Shown: piece after piece, positions 48,097 to 59,700 of the stretch
Layout: every line of letters begins with the position of its first letter
Numbering within the stretch: position 1 is the first letter of the stretch
IMG/VR virus record: IMGVR_UViG_3300008267_000006
Location: 32,001-96,000 of that record
Direction: 5' to 3' (one strand)
DNA from: a virus
Length of the DNA: 64,000 bases
The notes under the pieces: model-generated
The model's database searches: none
What the model saw: the letters and a program-made list of their open reading frames with translations, nothing else
Told to the model about the DNA's origin: nothing
Program-made: the position numbers and the translations under genes

Positions 48097-48605
48097 TGTA
48101 TGTAACCTGCTTTAGCAATAACATATGAATCTGCGCGATCATATGTTCCCTTCTTTGGGTTGTTGTGAGCAGTATACTCCACCTTAAAAGTTGGTTCAAG
48201 CGTCAAGATATTTTTTAAAACAATTTCTTTAGCGTTCTGTCCTTTTTCTATTTTTATTCCAAGAGCTTTACGAGCTGTAGATGCTCCTATATACTGTGGC
48301 TCTTTATTGAAAACTTCATGACAGATCCAGCTTACAATACCATTAAATTTACCAAGAGTCAAGATAACTTGAGCGCTAGATAACCCAGGTCTAAAAGCAT
48401 TTAAAGATTGTTCTATAAATATATCTTTAATATTATATAAATATTTTAGCTGAGTTAGTCTTTCTTTAACAGCTGTTGCTTTTTTAAATACATTATCTAG
48501 TTTTTTACTTGTTAAATCTATAGCTTCATTATGAATAACTGTGCCGTCTTCATTTAAAACAGTCACTCCTGTTATTGAAGTACTTATATCTAATCCTATA
48601 ACCAT
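48075..48605 (-). CDS. RuvC-like Holliday junction resolvase
   Basis: VIGLDISTSITG, IFIEQ, ARKALG, DRADSYVIA. Confidence 0.88.
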   Translation of the reverse strand: MVIGLDISTSITGVTVLNEDGTVIHNEAIDLTSKKLDNVFKKATAVKERLTQLKYLYNIKDIFIEQSLNAFRPGLSSAQVILTLGKFNGIVSWICHEVFNKEPQYIGASTARKALGIKIEKGQNAKEIVLKNILTLEPTFKVEYTAHNNPKKGTYDRADSYVIAKAGYIQCQKQKR

Positions 48606-48952
48606 TATTGACCTTCTTCTGTTAGTTCCGTTGGAATTATTTCTGGAACTGGTTCTGGAACTGGTTCTGGTTCTGGAACTGGTTCTGGTTCTGGAACTGG
48701 TTCTGGTTCTGGAACTGGTTCTATAGTATTTGATATTTGTTCAGATGTTAAAAATTTTTCAGACCAGATAGCTTTTGCTACTGCAAATATTTTAGGATCT
48801 TCATTTGTAAGATCATCATTTTTATCATAAGCTCTTCTATGATAATTTGATGCAATCTCTACTCCATCTTTTAAAATACATATTTTTTCTCTTACTTGTA
48901 TAACATCTCCAAGTATTTCAATTTTATCAATTATTTTTTTTTCTTCTAACAT
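48605..48952 (-). CDS. Small fibre-associated protein with a Pro-Glu repeat tail
   Basis: IQVRE....KDGVEIAS.YHR, ED.K..AVA.AIWS; follows a fibre-like gene. Confidence 0.65.
   Translation of the reverse strand: MLEEKKIIDKIEILGDVIQVREKICILKDGVEIASNYHRRAYDKNDDLTNEDPKIFAVAKAIWSEKFLTSEQISNTIEPVPEPEPVPEPEPVPEPEPVPEPVPEIIPTELTEEGQ
48641..48722. repeat. Tandem 18-bp repeat encoding (EPVPEP)n
   Basis: ttctggaactggttctgg units repeated about 4.5 times. Confidence 0.9.
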
Positions 48953-48962
48953 AATTTATTCC

Positions 48963-49583
48963 TTATTGAGCTGTTTTATAGGTTAAAGAAAAACCAATTA
49001 TACTCCAATTAATTAAATTACTAACCGGAACAGCTAAATCATATGAATATCTAAGAATTAATTTTGTGGGAACCGCAGACGAAGTTTGAACTCTAAATTC
49101 ATATGGAGCTTGCGCTCCAGCTGGTAGATTTCCTATATCTAGATAAAAAGCGGCTAAACCACTAAAAGAATAACCAAGATCAGTAGAAGAATCTACACCA
49201 TAAGGTAGACCTCCTATCATAATATTTCCAGTACCAGTAGAAGTTAAAGTTTTTATTTGAAGATGACAGCAGATAGTAACTAAATTTCCTATTTTAATAT
49301 AAGATCCTAGTCGAGAATTGTATTCAGCTATAGTTGGTTGTGTTGCATCAGAAGCAAAAACTGGAGTCCAACTTCCTTCCTCATAATCATTTAAAAGCTG
49401 AGAAGTAACTATTCCTGAGTCTGTTGGAGAAGAAGAAAAATCTATACCTTTGCCAGAAGAAAACTTTATATTTCCAGTTGTAGTTAAGCCTCCATCAAGA
49501 CTTATGCCATCGCCAGCATCATTTTCATTTAATAGTCTAACTTTATTTCTTATTCTTGAGAATTCAGAGTATTCAACTGCCAT
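48963..49583 (-). CDS. Tail-fibre-tip-like protein; likely start MAVEY at 49583
   Basis: GKGIDFS, LNDYEEGSWTP, GSYIKIGNLVT, IGGLPY motifs common in phage fibre proteins. Confidence 0.7.
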   Translation of the reverse strand: MAVEYSEFSRIRNKVRLLNENDAGDGISLDGGLTTTGNIKFSSGKGIDFSSSPTDSGIVTSQLLNDYEEGSWTPVFASDATQPTIAEYNSRLGSYIKIGNLVTICCHLQIKTLTSTGTGNIMIGGLPYGVDSSTDLGYSFSGLAAFYLDIGNLPAGAQAPYEFRVQTSSAVPTKLILRYSYDLAVPVSNLINWSIIGFSLTYKTAQ

Positions 49584-49596
49584 AATTTTACCCAAT

Positions 49597-49629
49597 AAAA
49601 AACCTAGCCATAAATAAATATGGCTAGGT
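49597..49629 (-). terminator. Intrinsic terminator
   Basis: 11-bp stem acctagccata/tatggctaggt and U-tract. Confidence 0.75.
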
Positions 49630-49646
49630 CTAAAATTTTGTATATA

Positions 49647-50426
49647 TTATTTAATTATATACATACTTGGATCTTCATTTACGGCCAGTACACGATATTT
49701 AATGACTGTATCGTCGCTTCCAGCTAAATCTGGTGCCCACATACGAACCCATAATTCATCAGTAGCCCCAGCTGTACCGCTAACAACAAGATTTACAGCA
49801 AGAATATCATTACACCAGGTTGCTTCTGTGTCATCCGCATCTTTAACCATAACATCTAATAAGATATAGTCTTTTGAGGAAACTGGGAAAGATTGATAAT
49901 TTGGATCATCGAGTTCACCTCCAGCATCAATAGTTCCTACTCCGTTTTCGAAAACTGGAGCTGTTGCGAAACCGTTTGCATCTGGGCTTCCAACTAATGT
50001 TGGATAATCATATTGTGCATAATTTGCTGGTAGTTTAAATTCAGCATAACCTTCTGCATTAAATGCACCAGTTTTTTGGTATCTTAAGCGTTTATATGCA
50101 TTTTCTGCTTCTTTTGCACGTACAGCATCAAGAGCACCAACGTTATAAAGAGCATCTTCTAGTTTATGTAAAACTCCGTCAACGTTATATCTGCTATCTA
50201 CAACTAGATCTTGAACATTTTGTGATCTAAAGTTGCTAGACGCAGAGATATTTAACTCTGGTGTATATACGCTTGACGCAGTTAATGGTAGAGAAGAACT
50301 AACGTGACCAGCAGCAAGAGTTCCTGAAACAACGAATAATTCAGTATTACCGTCTTTCTTTATAATTTGCTTTTTTGTGACTAAATCAGCTAAAACTTTA
50401 ACTGATTTATTGCTTGGAGCAGCCAT
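49647..50426 (-). CDS. Virion structural protein, WxND paralogue family
   Basis: VKVLADL N-terminus; YILLDVMVK...WCNDILAV...YRVLAVNE. Confidence 0.65.
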   Translation of the reverse strand: MAAPSNKSVKVLADLVTKKQIIKKDGNTELFVVSGTLAAGHVSSSLPLTASSVYTPELNISASSNFRSQNVQDLVVDSRYNVDGVLHKLEDALYNVGALDAVRAKEAENAYKRLRYQKTGAFNAEGYAEFKLPANYAQYDYPTLVGSPDANGFATAPVFENGVGTIDAGGELDDPNYQSFPVSSKDYILLDVMVKDADDTEATWCNDILAVNLVVSGTAGATDELWVRMWAPDLAGSDDTVIKYRVLAVNEDPSMYIIK

Positions 50427-50466
50427 TTATTTATTTTCCTTGACATAAAGTCTGATGTTAATATAA

Positions 50467-50721
50467 CTAGTCTTCTATACCGTATTCTTTCTTGATCTCT
50501 TTTAAGTTTTTTAAAAAATCATGCTGTATACCATGAAGACGTATCTTTCTATGTAAGATATCTTTTAGTTTTGTTACTTTATTACGCTCAGAGGTAAGTA
50601 ATTGTATTGCTTTTTCTTTACTTATTTCCTCTTTTATGACTAATTCTTTGATTTTTTTGATATTTTCTCTACAAATCAGCAGCCAATTAGTAACTTGCAA
50701 GAAGTTAAAGCTATATTTCAT
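50467..50721 (-). CDS. Hypothetical protein
   Basis: Short helical ORF overlapping the upstream gene. Confidence 0.6.
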   Translation of the reverse strand: MKYSFNFLQVTNWLLICRENIKKIKELVIKEEISKEKAIQLLTSERNKVTKLKDILHRKIRLHGIQHDFLKNLKEIKKEYGIED

Positions 50722-50920
50722 CTTCTGATTCCTCTTCTATATCTTCTTGTATATCTTTTATGATATTATCGTATTTTTTTTCTAATTTTTCGACATTTTC
50801 TATTAAATATTGACGATTTTTAAGTAATTGTGCTTGGCTTTTCATATCTTTTGTATGAATTAATATCTCTTTTATCATTTCATCCATATATTTGACCAAA
50901 TAAGTTACTTTTCTCTTCAT
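50711..50920 (-). CDS. Hypothetical protein; likely start MKRKV at 50920
   Basis: GGAG SD before the ATG at 50920; the track start at 50953 lies within a terminator. Confidence 0.6.
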   Translation of the reverse strand: MKRKVTYLVKYMDEMIKEILIHTKDMKSQAQLLKNRQYLIENVEKLEKKYDNIIKDIQEDIEEESEDEI

Positions 50921-50929
50921 AATATCTCC

Positions 50930-50972
50930 AAAAACTAAGGGAAGCGAGATCAACCCGCTTCCCCTAATTATA
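50930..50972 (-). terminator. Terminator with a TATAAT box just 5' of the stem
   Basis: gggaagcg/cgcttccc stem, U-rich tail; TATAAT at 50972-50967. Confidence 0.6.
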
Positions 50973-50990
50973 TCTTAACTTACAAATATA

Positions 50991-52277
50991 CTAAAGAAAC
51001 ATTTGGCCATTCTCATTAACAACTATTAAACGGTATTCCCAACCAGTATCGGCGGCTGGAACGCTGATTTCAACCTTTATTTTAGAGCTTGCTTCATATA
51101 TTTGTATAGAAGTTAAGTCATTTGTCCATGGAGCGTTAAATGCTGTACGAATCATAACGTCAGCAACGATATAATCTTTTTGATCTACAGCAAAGAACAC
51201 TGAATCTGCCCCTAAATCAACAAGATCTAGTGTTATAGTATCTCCTGAGATAGAACCGGTCTTCATAAATCTCATTTGACCATAATTTCTATCTTCTGTA
51301 TTGATAGCATTATCTAGAGCAGCAATAGCTGAAGCTACATCATATAAGCCATTTGCATCTCTTGTTACTGATGATATGTTTTTAAAGTTAGCACTACCAG
51401 ATAATTTTAGATCTTTTTCGGCTATTAGGCTGCTTTCTGCATAAATTGCAGTAGAACCACTTAAAAGTACATCTCCTCCAGTACTGTATAGCTTAGAAGC
51501 TGAATTATCTATATCTAATTGTACAGCACCAACGTCTGATAACTTAATAAAAGTTCTTGGAGATATAGCTGCAAAAGCATCTTTTGCTGAAACTTTAACG
51601 CCTTCTTGGCCGGTCATAGAACCGCCATAACCAAGATTACCAACAGATATTTTATTTAATGAACTAGATTGTAAGGTTACAATACCAGAAGCTGATTTTA
51701 ATGCTTCTGTGCCATGTAATTTATATCCAGTTCCATTTGCTGCATTAAAGCCGTTTGTAGAGGCTTCTATACCGTTAGAAGCAGTAAATTGAGCTACTGA
51801 TGTAACTATAGAGAGTGAATTTTGACCAAGAGTTGTACTTCCGGAAACACCTAAGTTTCCTGGTAGGTAAAGAGAATTTAAATTTAATGTATTTGCAGTT
51901 AAAGTTGCAAAATGACCAGTACTTGAAGAAACATCTCCGCTTGATTTTAGATCAAATGCTCCACTTATATCGCCATCTACTGTTATTGTTCCACCATTTA
52001 CAGATAGATCGCCGCTTAATATTTGTGAGCCGGTAACAATTAAATTTCCACTTAAATTTGTTATACCTTCAACAACAAGAGCACCAATTTGTGCATATCC
52101 ACGGTTAACAACTTGACCGCCGATATATAATTCTCCATCTACTCTTGCATCTTCTTTAACGTGTAGGCCGGTGCTACCACTGTAAGTACCAGAAACAATA
52201 AGACCGGTCTTCATTGTTGCTGTATTTTTAACTTCTAGATCTGTTAAAACTTTGATATTGTTAAAGATGTTCGACAT
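50991..52277 (-). CDS. Virion structural/fibre protein, WxND paralogue family
   Basis: IKVLTDL; beta-helix-like LxVxG repeats; YIVADVMIR...WTNDLTSI...YRLIVVNE. Confidence 0.7.
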   Translation of the reverse strand: MSNIFNNIKVLTDLEVKNTATMKTGLIVSGTYSGSTGLHVKEDARVDGELYIGGQVVNRGYAQIGALVVEGITNLSGNLIVTGSQILSGDLSVNGGTITVDGDISGAFDLKSSGDVSSSTGHFATLTANTLNLNSLYLPGNLGVSGSTTLGQNSLSIVTSVAQFTASNGIEASTNGFNAANGTGYKLHGTEALKSASGIVTLQSSSLNKISVGNLGYGGSMTGQEGVKVSAKDAFAAISPRTFIKLSDVGAVQLDIDNSASKLYSTGGDVLLSGSTAIYAESSLIAEKDLKLSGSANFKNISSVTRDANGLYDVASAIAALDNAINTEDRNYGQMRFMKTGSISGDTITLDLVDLGADSVFFAVDQKDYIVADVMIRTAFNAPWTNDLTSIQIYEASSKIKVEISVPAADTGWEYRLIVVNENGQMFL

Positions 52278-52371
52278 CTTTTAAGTTTTCCTTGCCACTA
52301 CGGGCAGTTAGTTATTATTATCACCTTCTCTCTAATTTAAAATATTCCCATTATATAATTAGTTCTGAAAA

Positions 52372-53805
52372 TTACGAACAGATGATGAGAACGTAGCCTT
52401 TGCCACCGTCGCCGCCATTACCACCATTTGCGGTGTATGGGCCATCATATATTGAACCACCACCGCCGCCACTTCCCCACATTCCAGAAGAACTATCACC
52501 AGCTTTCACTGGAAGAGTGAGTCCTGTCAGTGAAGTAGTCCTTCTTCCACCACCAGAGGCTCCACCTCCTCCAACAAGATCGGGCATATTTTCACTTAAT
52601 ACATTATTTATAAATAATTTATAGAATAAAAAACTTTTTCCTGTTTGCGGCGGACCGCCATCTGTAGCTAATACGGTATTACTACCGACAGTTCCTCCTG
52701 TTGCGGCAACAGTTAATACGCTTGTAACAAGACCACCAGCTAGGCCGTTTGAAGTTCTTCCAACGCCTCCAGCACCGCCAGCGCCTCCTAAATACACATT
52801 AGCGCCAGCTACATTTAATCCTCCACCGGCACCGCCATTATAAGAATATCCAATACCTCCCGCGCCGCCTGCTCCGTTAACTGGGGAAGGTGAACCAATG
52901 CCTCGCCCACCCGCTGTGCCTCCAAGAGAATAAACATAATTTCCAAAAGAAGAAGAGCCGCCATGATAACCATCCTCGCCCTGGCCACTAATGTAACCAG
53001 CTCTACCTAATGATCCGCCATTTCCAGCCGTAATTGTTACGTAAGAGTTTATTAAAAGTGCGTTAATGGTAACATCAGAATAGCCTCCACCACCGCCTCC
53101 ACCACCAGCACCGGGAAGTATTGCACCATTATCCATACTTGCACCACCGCCCCCGCCGCCGCCGCCTTGGCATATGACCCTTATAAATTTACACCCAGCC
53201 GGTGGCAACCAATTATTAATAACGGTCGAAGAAGCACTTGAAGTTCCAATTGATCCGGTAAATAAATAAACAACAATTCCGGTCATAGGAGTAAAACTTG
53301 GTTCTAATATACTTTTATCAGCTAAATCCCACGTTCCGTTATTATCAATAACTGCAACAATTTTATCGCTTTGGCCATATGCTGGTCCACTGCCAGTTGT
53401 TGTTATTAGTGAATTTTGCGTATATGTAGTATTTGACGTACCGCCATATAATGAAGATAATACGCCACCAGTTACATTTGATACTGATCTTACTTTAACG
53501 CCGCTTAACAAGCTTCCCGTTATATCACCAGCAAATTGTGCTAGTTCTGTACGGAACGGTCCAAATCCTTCATCGCTATCATATGTAAGTACAGACCCGC
53601 TATAATTTGACTGTGGATTAACTATACTGCTTGTTGCAACTGGTATTAGCTGACCGTTGCGTATTTGCATTATACTATTACCGCCAACATATGAAGCAGT
53701 ATTAATTGTTAATTTATATGATGATGAAAGTGCATTATTGTCATCAAAGGCAGCAGAGATCTCTTGATAGCTACCTGAATTTGATACTAATATTTTTTTA
53801 GCCAT
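52372..53805 (-). CDS. Glycine-rich fibre protein (no LamG domain)
   Basis: W.PP.G.K.IRVICQGGGGGG...SSFG...GGDGGKGYVLII glycine-rich domain. Confidence 0.75.
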   Translation of the reverse strand: MAKKILVSNSGSYQEISAAFDDNNALSSSYKLTINTASYVGGNSIMQIRNGQLIPVATSSIVNPQSNYSGSVLTYDSDEGFGPFRTELAQFAGDITGSLLSGVKVRSVSNVTGGVLSSLYGGTSNTTYTQNSLITTTGSGPAYGQSDKIVAVIDNNGTWDLADKSILEPSFTPMTGIVVYLFTGSIGTSSASSTVINNWLPPAGCKFIRVICQGGGGGGGGASMDNGAILPGAGGGGGGGGYSDVTINALLINSYVTITAGNGGSLGRAGYISGQGEDGYHGGSSSFGNYVYSLGGTAGGRGIGSPSPVNGAGGAGGIGYSYNGGAGGGLNVAGANVYLGGAGGAGGVGRTSNGLAGGLVTSVLTVAATGGTVGSNTVLATDGGPPQTGKSFLFYKLFINNVLSENMPDLVGGGGASGGGRRTTSLTGLTLPVKAGDSSSGMWGSGGGGGSIYDGPYTANGGNGGDGGKGYVLIICS

Positions 53806-53825
53806 TTAAGTTAAATCTCCCATTT

Positions 53826-56729
53826 TTAATATTTATAACTTATAACGGCGACATAACCATCGCCACCGTTACCGCCTTGACGAGTACCAACGAGCGAACC
53901 AGTGTAATTTGTTGAAGCACCGCCGCCGCCGCCACTTCCCCAAGCACCGTTGCCACCTATGCCGCCAGCATAAGATCCTTGTATAGGTGTAGGGTCTGTA
54001 TAAGATCCCGAACTATTAGCGATAACTGCATTATAATATGACAATATTTCTGCCGCGGATCGTGCTCTATTTATAACTCTAAATTCTTTGGCATAGCCAT
54101 TAAAGTTATAAGTACCGTGATTTACAGCTGTTGAATCTCCTAAACTATATCCAAAAGTTCCGTTTACTATTGGTGTTACAGGTGTTGTGACATATAAAAC
54201 ACCATTCACATAAGCTTGTAAAGCACTACCAGATTTTTGTAGAACAAAGTGATTCCAAGTGTTTAAAGAAAAAGAGTTTGTTGAAACTGAACCAACCAAA
54301 GCAGCAGGAGTTACTCCATTATTAGCGTACAAACGTACCCTTGGAGTACCAGCTGAAGACGTTACGCCAAGTATTGCTCCAATTGAACTTCCGTGATAGC
54401 CAGCATTTAAAAGATAACTTGTGACAGTATTTGCACCAGCGACATTACCTATATTTCTTAAATACATCCATGATTCTACAGAAAAATCACTTGTTCCAAA
54501 ATCACGCCCAGGAGAAAAATATAGACTAGAGGCCGTACCAGCGGTATTATTCCACGCAGAACTTGAAACAAATCCGTCTAGAAAAGTCCCACTAATATTC
54601 GCAGGAAGAGAAGAGGAGGATATAATTTTTATTCCAGAAGCTGAACTAGAAAAAATACTGTTGTTATGTGCAGAGTTATCTTTTAGTGGATCAGTTAAAT
54701 TAAAATGCCCAAGCGCAATAGTTTCGCTATCAAAAGCTTCTGTTACGGCAGCACTTGCCCCACCACCACCACCAGAAGCTAAATATATATCATTAGTCTG
54801 AGAATTACCGGCTATATCGGTATCTGAGGGCGGAAAAGTTGAAAATACATCATTTTTTATAGATTCTGTATAAGCGTTACCGGCGTTTAAATTTGATAAA
54901 CTTCCACTGTTTGTAAAACTTTTATCTACATAATCAGAAGTAGGTACAGAAAAATCTCCATCATATAACGCCTTTCTTGTTATTCTAAATGATTTTTTAT
55001 AGCCTACTAAACAATACATATTATACGCACCGCTAGGAAGCCCAAATATGTTAAAACCTTGATCTAAACGAAGGGGATTATAGTGTACTACCCCATTTCC
55101 TGAAATATTTTTCCCGTTAAGATAAAATTTCCATACATAATTTTTTTTAACTGCCGCAATATGATTCCATGTATTTAAAGAAACGGTTTCTGTTGAAGTA
55201 TAACCAGCATAGGAGACAGATCCATTATAGGACGATAAAAAAACAGTTTGTGTTGTAGTGTTTATTCCACATAAAATTCCATCACCAGTCCCATAATTGT
55301 TTTGACATCTTATTAATGTAGCATAAGCTGATGATATTGCGTCTTGTTTAAATACCCATTCAAGAGTAACTTCATCTGTGGCAGCAAGATTTGGTCCGAC
55401 ACCAGTAAAAAATTTATATGAAGTACTGGTAGTGTTATTATCATACATGCTATAACCATTATCGTTATATGGAGTAGTTTGTATATACGTATTTGGTGCA
55501 TAATTAGGCCCTGCCGCTATTGAAAATATTCCTCCTTTTAGGTAATCTGGTCCAGAAGAGTTAAAAGAAATATTTTCAATTATATTGGAAGAGATAACCG
55601 CAGCGTTTCCGCCATCGTAATTAGATATATAATTACCAAATATTAAACCGGCACCTGATGCACCATTATTACTTATATTGGTACCATTGCTTGTTTTGCA
55701 ATATTCCGAATTAATTCCTGCGTCTATACCTCCGGCGCTACCTAAAGCAGATTTCTTAATAGAAGTTACATTATATATATCATTATTATAATAATTATAG
55801 AATAAGCCGTTGCCAGTTCTACCAGAATATTGCGTATTATTGTTATGTTTCCCACCAGCACCACCAACACCACCACTCGCAATAAGAAAGGCACCAAAGG
55901 AACTACTGCCTCCAGATGATCCCGCATCCCCAGCACCACCAGTTGCTGGATAGCTACCACCGGCACCACCAGAGCCAACCACTATATACTCTGGACCTGC
56001 TATATTAATTATTTCAGATTTAATATAACTTCCTGCTGCACCCCCACATCCACCAAATGCCGCAACAGAACTTGTTCTATTAGCGCCAGCGGCACCTCCA
56101 CCTCCTGCGCCTTGTAATATGATTGTTGCTTTTTTTGTATTAAGTGGTGGAGTCCAAAGATACGTTCCTGGAACATTAAATATTTGAACTTCAATTCCTT
56201 TATCATATGACTGTGTTATATATGACCAACCATTTGGTGTTGAAACTAATACTGGATTATTTGAAGAAACAGATGCGGTCAAAAGTTGCATTGGATTCGC
56301 GCCATTACCAACTAATAACGATTCTCCAGCTGGATACGAAGAGGTATTTAAGCCAGTGCCTCCGTTAGCAACTGGTAAAGAGTTACCACGATTAACATTT
56401 GATAAACTTTTTACTTTTATATCCGCAAATGAACCAAATAAATCAGATCCATCTGGTGCAATGGTGTTGCTGGCAACTATATCTACTATTGCAGAATTTG
56501 ATTTCCATAGTTTACCTGAGTTATCCCAACTCATCACCTGTAAATCTGTAGCGTTTGATGATGATATTTGTGATCCGCTAACAAATGCCATGCCATCTGG
56601 AAGATTAATGGACATTGTATTGAATGTAACGTTTTTAAGAACAAGACTATTAGCGGAATCATCATAATAATTTCCTGTTGATTCTTTTACTTTGCCATTT
56701 ATATCATATATTATTTTCTTTTGTGCCAT
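53826..56729 (-). CDS. Glycine-rich fibre with two laminin-G/ConA-like domains
   Basis: LPVANGGTG; Gly-rich domain; LNTWNHIAAV...FRIT and DFSVESW...LNTWNHFV...EFRV. Confidence 0.8.
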   Translation of the reverse strand: MAQKKIIYDINGKVKESTGNYYDDSANSLVLKNVTFNTMSINLPDGMAFVSGSQISSSNATDLQVMSWDNSGKLWKSNSAIVDIVASNTIAPDGSDLFGSFADIKVKSLSNVNRGNSLPVANGGTGLNTSSYPAGESLLVGNGANPMQLLTASVSSNNPVLVSTPNGWSYITQSYDKGIEVQIFNVPGTYLWTPPLNTKKATIILQGAGGGGAAGANRTSSVAAFGGCGGAAGSYIKSEIINIAGPEYIVVGSGGAGGSYPATGGAGDAGSSGGSSSFGAFLIASGGVGGAGGKHNNNTQYSGRTGNGLFYNYYNNDIYNVTSIKKSALGSAGGIDAGINSEYCKTSNGTNISNNGASGAGLIFGNYISNYDGGNAAVISSNIIENISFNSSGPDYLKGGIFSIAAGPNYAPNTYIQTTPYNDNGYSMYDNNTTSTSYKFFTGVGPNLAATDEVTLEWVFKQDAISSAYATLIRCQNNYGTGDGILCGINTTTQTVFLSSYNGSVSYAGYTSTETVSLNTWNHIAAVKKNYVWKFYLNGKNISGNGVVHYNPLRLDQGFNIFGLPSGAYNMYCLVGYKKSFRITRKALYDGDFSVPTSDYVDKSFTNSGSLSNLNAGNAYTESIKNDVFSTFPPSDTDIAGNSQTNDIYLASGGGGGASAAVTEAFDSETIALGHFNLTDPLKDNSAHNNSIFSSSASGIKIISSSSLPANISGTFLDGFVSSSAWNNTAGTASSLYFSPGRDFGTSDFSVESWMYLRNIGNVAGANTVTSYLLNAGYHGSSIGAILGVTSSAGTPRVRLYANNGVTPAALVGSVSTNSFSLNTWNHFVLQKSGSALQAYVNGVLYVTTPVTPIVNGTFGYSLGDSTAVNHGTYNFNGYAKEFRVINRARSAAEILSYYNAVIANSSGSYTDPTPIQGSYAGGIGGNGAWGSGGGGGASTNYTGSLVGTRQGGNGGDGYVAVISYKY

Positions 56730-56746
56730 TTATTTTGTCCTCAGAG

Positions 56747-59700
56747 TTACCAAGAAATTACAGCAACATAACCGTCGCCACCTTTACCAGCTAAATAACC
56801 TCTATTTAATTCTTGTGAATGTCCTATTGTGCTTCCACCACCTCCACCGCCGCTTCCATAAATACCATCTGAACCCTCTCCTGGGAATGTATATGAGAAA
56901 CCTGTTGGATCTGGGAATGGAGCGGTTGGAACTGTTATGGTAGAACCTGTGTATAGAACAGCTTTGGATAAACGTATTTCATCTAAATATCCATAAGTTG
57001 TATAACCTTGAGTGACAATAGAAGATCCTAATACCATTCTTGTATCAACGAGATTATAAGTTGATGATATGGTGAAATTTTTTGTATCTCTTATACCATC
57101 TATATAAAAACAAGAATTTCCGTTCACGCCATTTCTTACGATAGCAATATGTGTCCATCTTCTAAGTGGGACAGATAAATTGGAAGTTATAAAGTAAGCA
57201 TTATTAGAATAAAGTTTTATTTGCCCAGATAGACTAAGAGCAGCATAAATACCACCAGCAGATGCTTGAGTTGCTCTAGTATCAAATATACAAGAATCGA
57301 TAGCGTTTGCATTATCTTTTCTATAAACCCAACACTCAAATGTGAATGGTTCTGTTCTGGTTACTGGAGCACCAACAACTGTTAATGCAGGAGATGATGT
57401 AGCGCTGCCAGATAGTAATATTGAATTACCGCTATTGCTAAATGGACTTCCAACTGTATTTGTTATTGTTGGAGTTGTTGCTTGACTTTGCACGCCTTGG
57501 AAGTAAATATTGCTTTTTAACTTTGAACTATCCGCTGTTGCAGTATAACTTCCACTTGGTTCCATGTGCATTAATAATAATGGATTATATGGATCACTAA
57601 ATCTGGTTGTTGATGGAGTGAATGAAGCTGTATATAATGCTTTTGGTGTTATGCGGAATTCGTCTATGTAACCGTCAATTGTAAAATTAGTTGTTCCGAT
57701 TGCATGACTACCAATTGTCATTCCATTCACGGTGTTGTTTAAAGAAGAAGCCCAGCTTGCAGAAGCAATATCTTTTTGTCCATTAATATAAAAATTAGCA
57801 ATACCATCCTTCCTTACTAAACTAATATGTGACCACTGGTTTAGTGATATAGATAAACTACTCGTAGCCGACATAGTTGCAGATCCACCAATATATAATC
57901 CAATTTTAGCATTATCATGTAAGGTGAATGCATATCTTGTACTGTTATTTACAGAGCCTACTCTTGTATCGACAAAATAACCTCTCATGCCATTAGGCAA
58001 ATTAATATCTTTATTACTACCGCTGCTGTTCAAATACACCCAGCTTTCAACAGTAAAATCTCTTGTTCCGATATCATCTCCCGACGAGACTGTTATAGAG
58101 CCAGTTTTATTTGTAGCAGACATTGGTGATAACACATAAGCAGTATCACCAAAAGCAGTTAAGCTTTGTGTTAAGTTTGCTGCACCATTAAATGTTACTT
58201 GTCTGCCATAATATGAAGAATCTACAGTTTGATTTGATATTGCGTTGCTGTATTGTGGTCCATTAATTAAAAGTATAGTGTTTGAATCATTACTAAATGA
58301 TTCGGTTGGAATAGTGTAATTTCCGGAATATCTTGCAGTGTTACTTAAGCGAATATTACTCATATAACCATCAAGAGAAAGTTGTTGAGCGACGGCAAGA
58401 GTACTATTACCAAAAGTTATATTTGTAGCATCAGTTAGACTCCAAGCAGCAGTATAAGTATTTGCATCTTGAGTACCGTTTATATAAAATCTAAATGAAC
58501 CAGCACTTCTAACTAATGCAATATGTTGCCAAGATCCAGTCGGAACAGCAGCAGAACTTGTTAATAGTGAAGATGCACCAGTTCCAGCATAAAAACCTAA
58601 CTTTCCACCAGTTGCTGTATAAATAGCATATTTATTTGCACTACTTACAGCATTTCTACTATCAATAAGGTACATCCTATCACCAGCACCACCAGCATTA
58701 CTACCCGTGCTGTTTAGATATATCCAGCTTTCCCAAGTAAAATTACTACTAGTTAAATTATACCCAGGTGTTATTGTGATAGAACCAGTATCATATGTAT
58801 TATTGATGCTGTATAGCCTTGGAGCAAGCGATGTTCCACCAGCAAAAGGAGCAGAAGCTGTTGTCCATCCGGCACTTCCAGTATAAGCCATTGCGGGAGA
58901 ATATGATGATGTTGATACTATATCTACTTTATTTTCATAAAATGGTTTCATATGTAATAAAACATATGGATCATCATATATATTTGATTGATTAACTGTA
59001 GGATTGCCTCCTACTCCACCAGTAACAGACATAGTTGGTACTGTATTAGCTATTAAATTATAATCGTATCCATATACGCCGTTAATATTAAGAATTTTTG
59101 TTATTGTTGGAGCGCTGGAATAAGAGGATGTCCCAGTATAAGCACCGCCAACACCGCCACCTCCAACAACGTCATTTGTAGAATTTATAGTATTATATGA
59201 ATTGCTGCTTCCACCGGTTTTTAATGTTGAACCACCACCAGAAGTACCACCAACGGCAGCAGCAACAGTTGCCGAGCCAACTGGGCCAGCAGCGCCACCA
59301 TTTCCATAAATAGATATGCCGGTAGCTGTAAAAGAACTTTGTCCACCAGCGTTTCCAGCAATATATGTTCCAGCAGCTATAGTACCAGAAGGTTGTGCTC
59401 CACCAGCACCAACTGTAACGATTGCAGAAGATATATTAGATACATCAAAAGTTGCTTCTGCAAGTCCACCACCAGCACCTCCACCACCAATTAATAAACC
59501 AGTTAGTTGTCTTGTGCCGTTTCCACCGCTTCCACCACCACCTTGAGTTATAACACGCGCAAAACGTGCATTTTGTGGTTTTTTCCAAGTAAAAGATCCT
59601 GGTGTTGTAAATATTTGGACATTTGGTTTCCATGCTGGGGTATTGACTTCAAAAACACCATTTGTTGAAGTTAAGATACTACCAGAAGCAAAACCACCAA

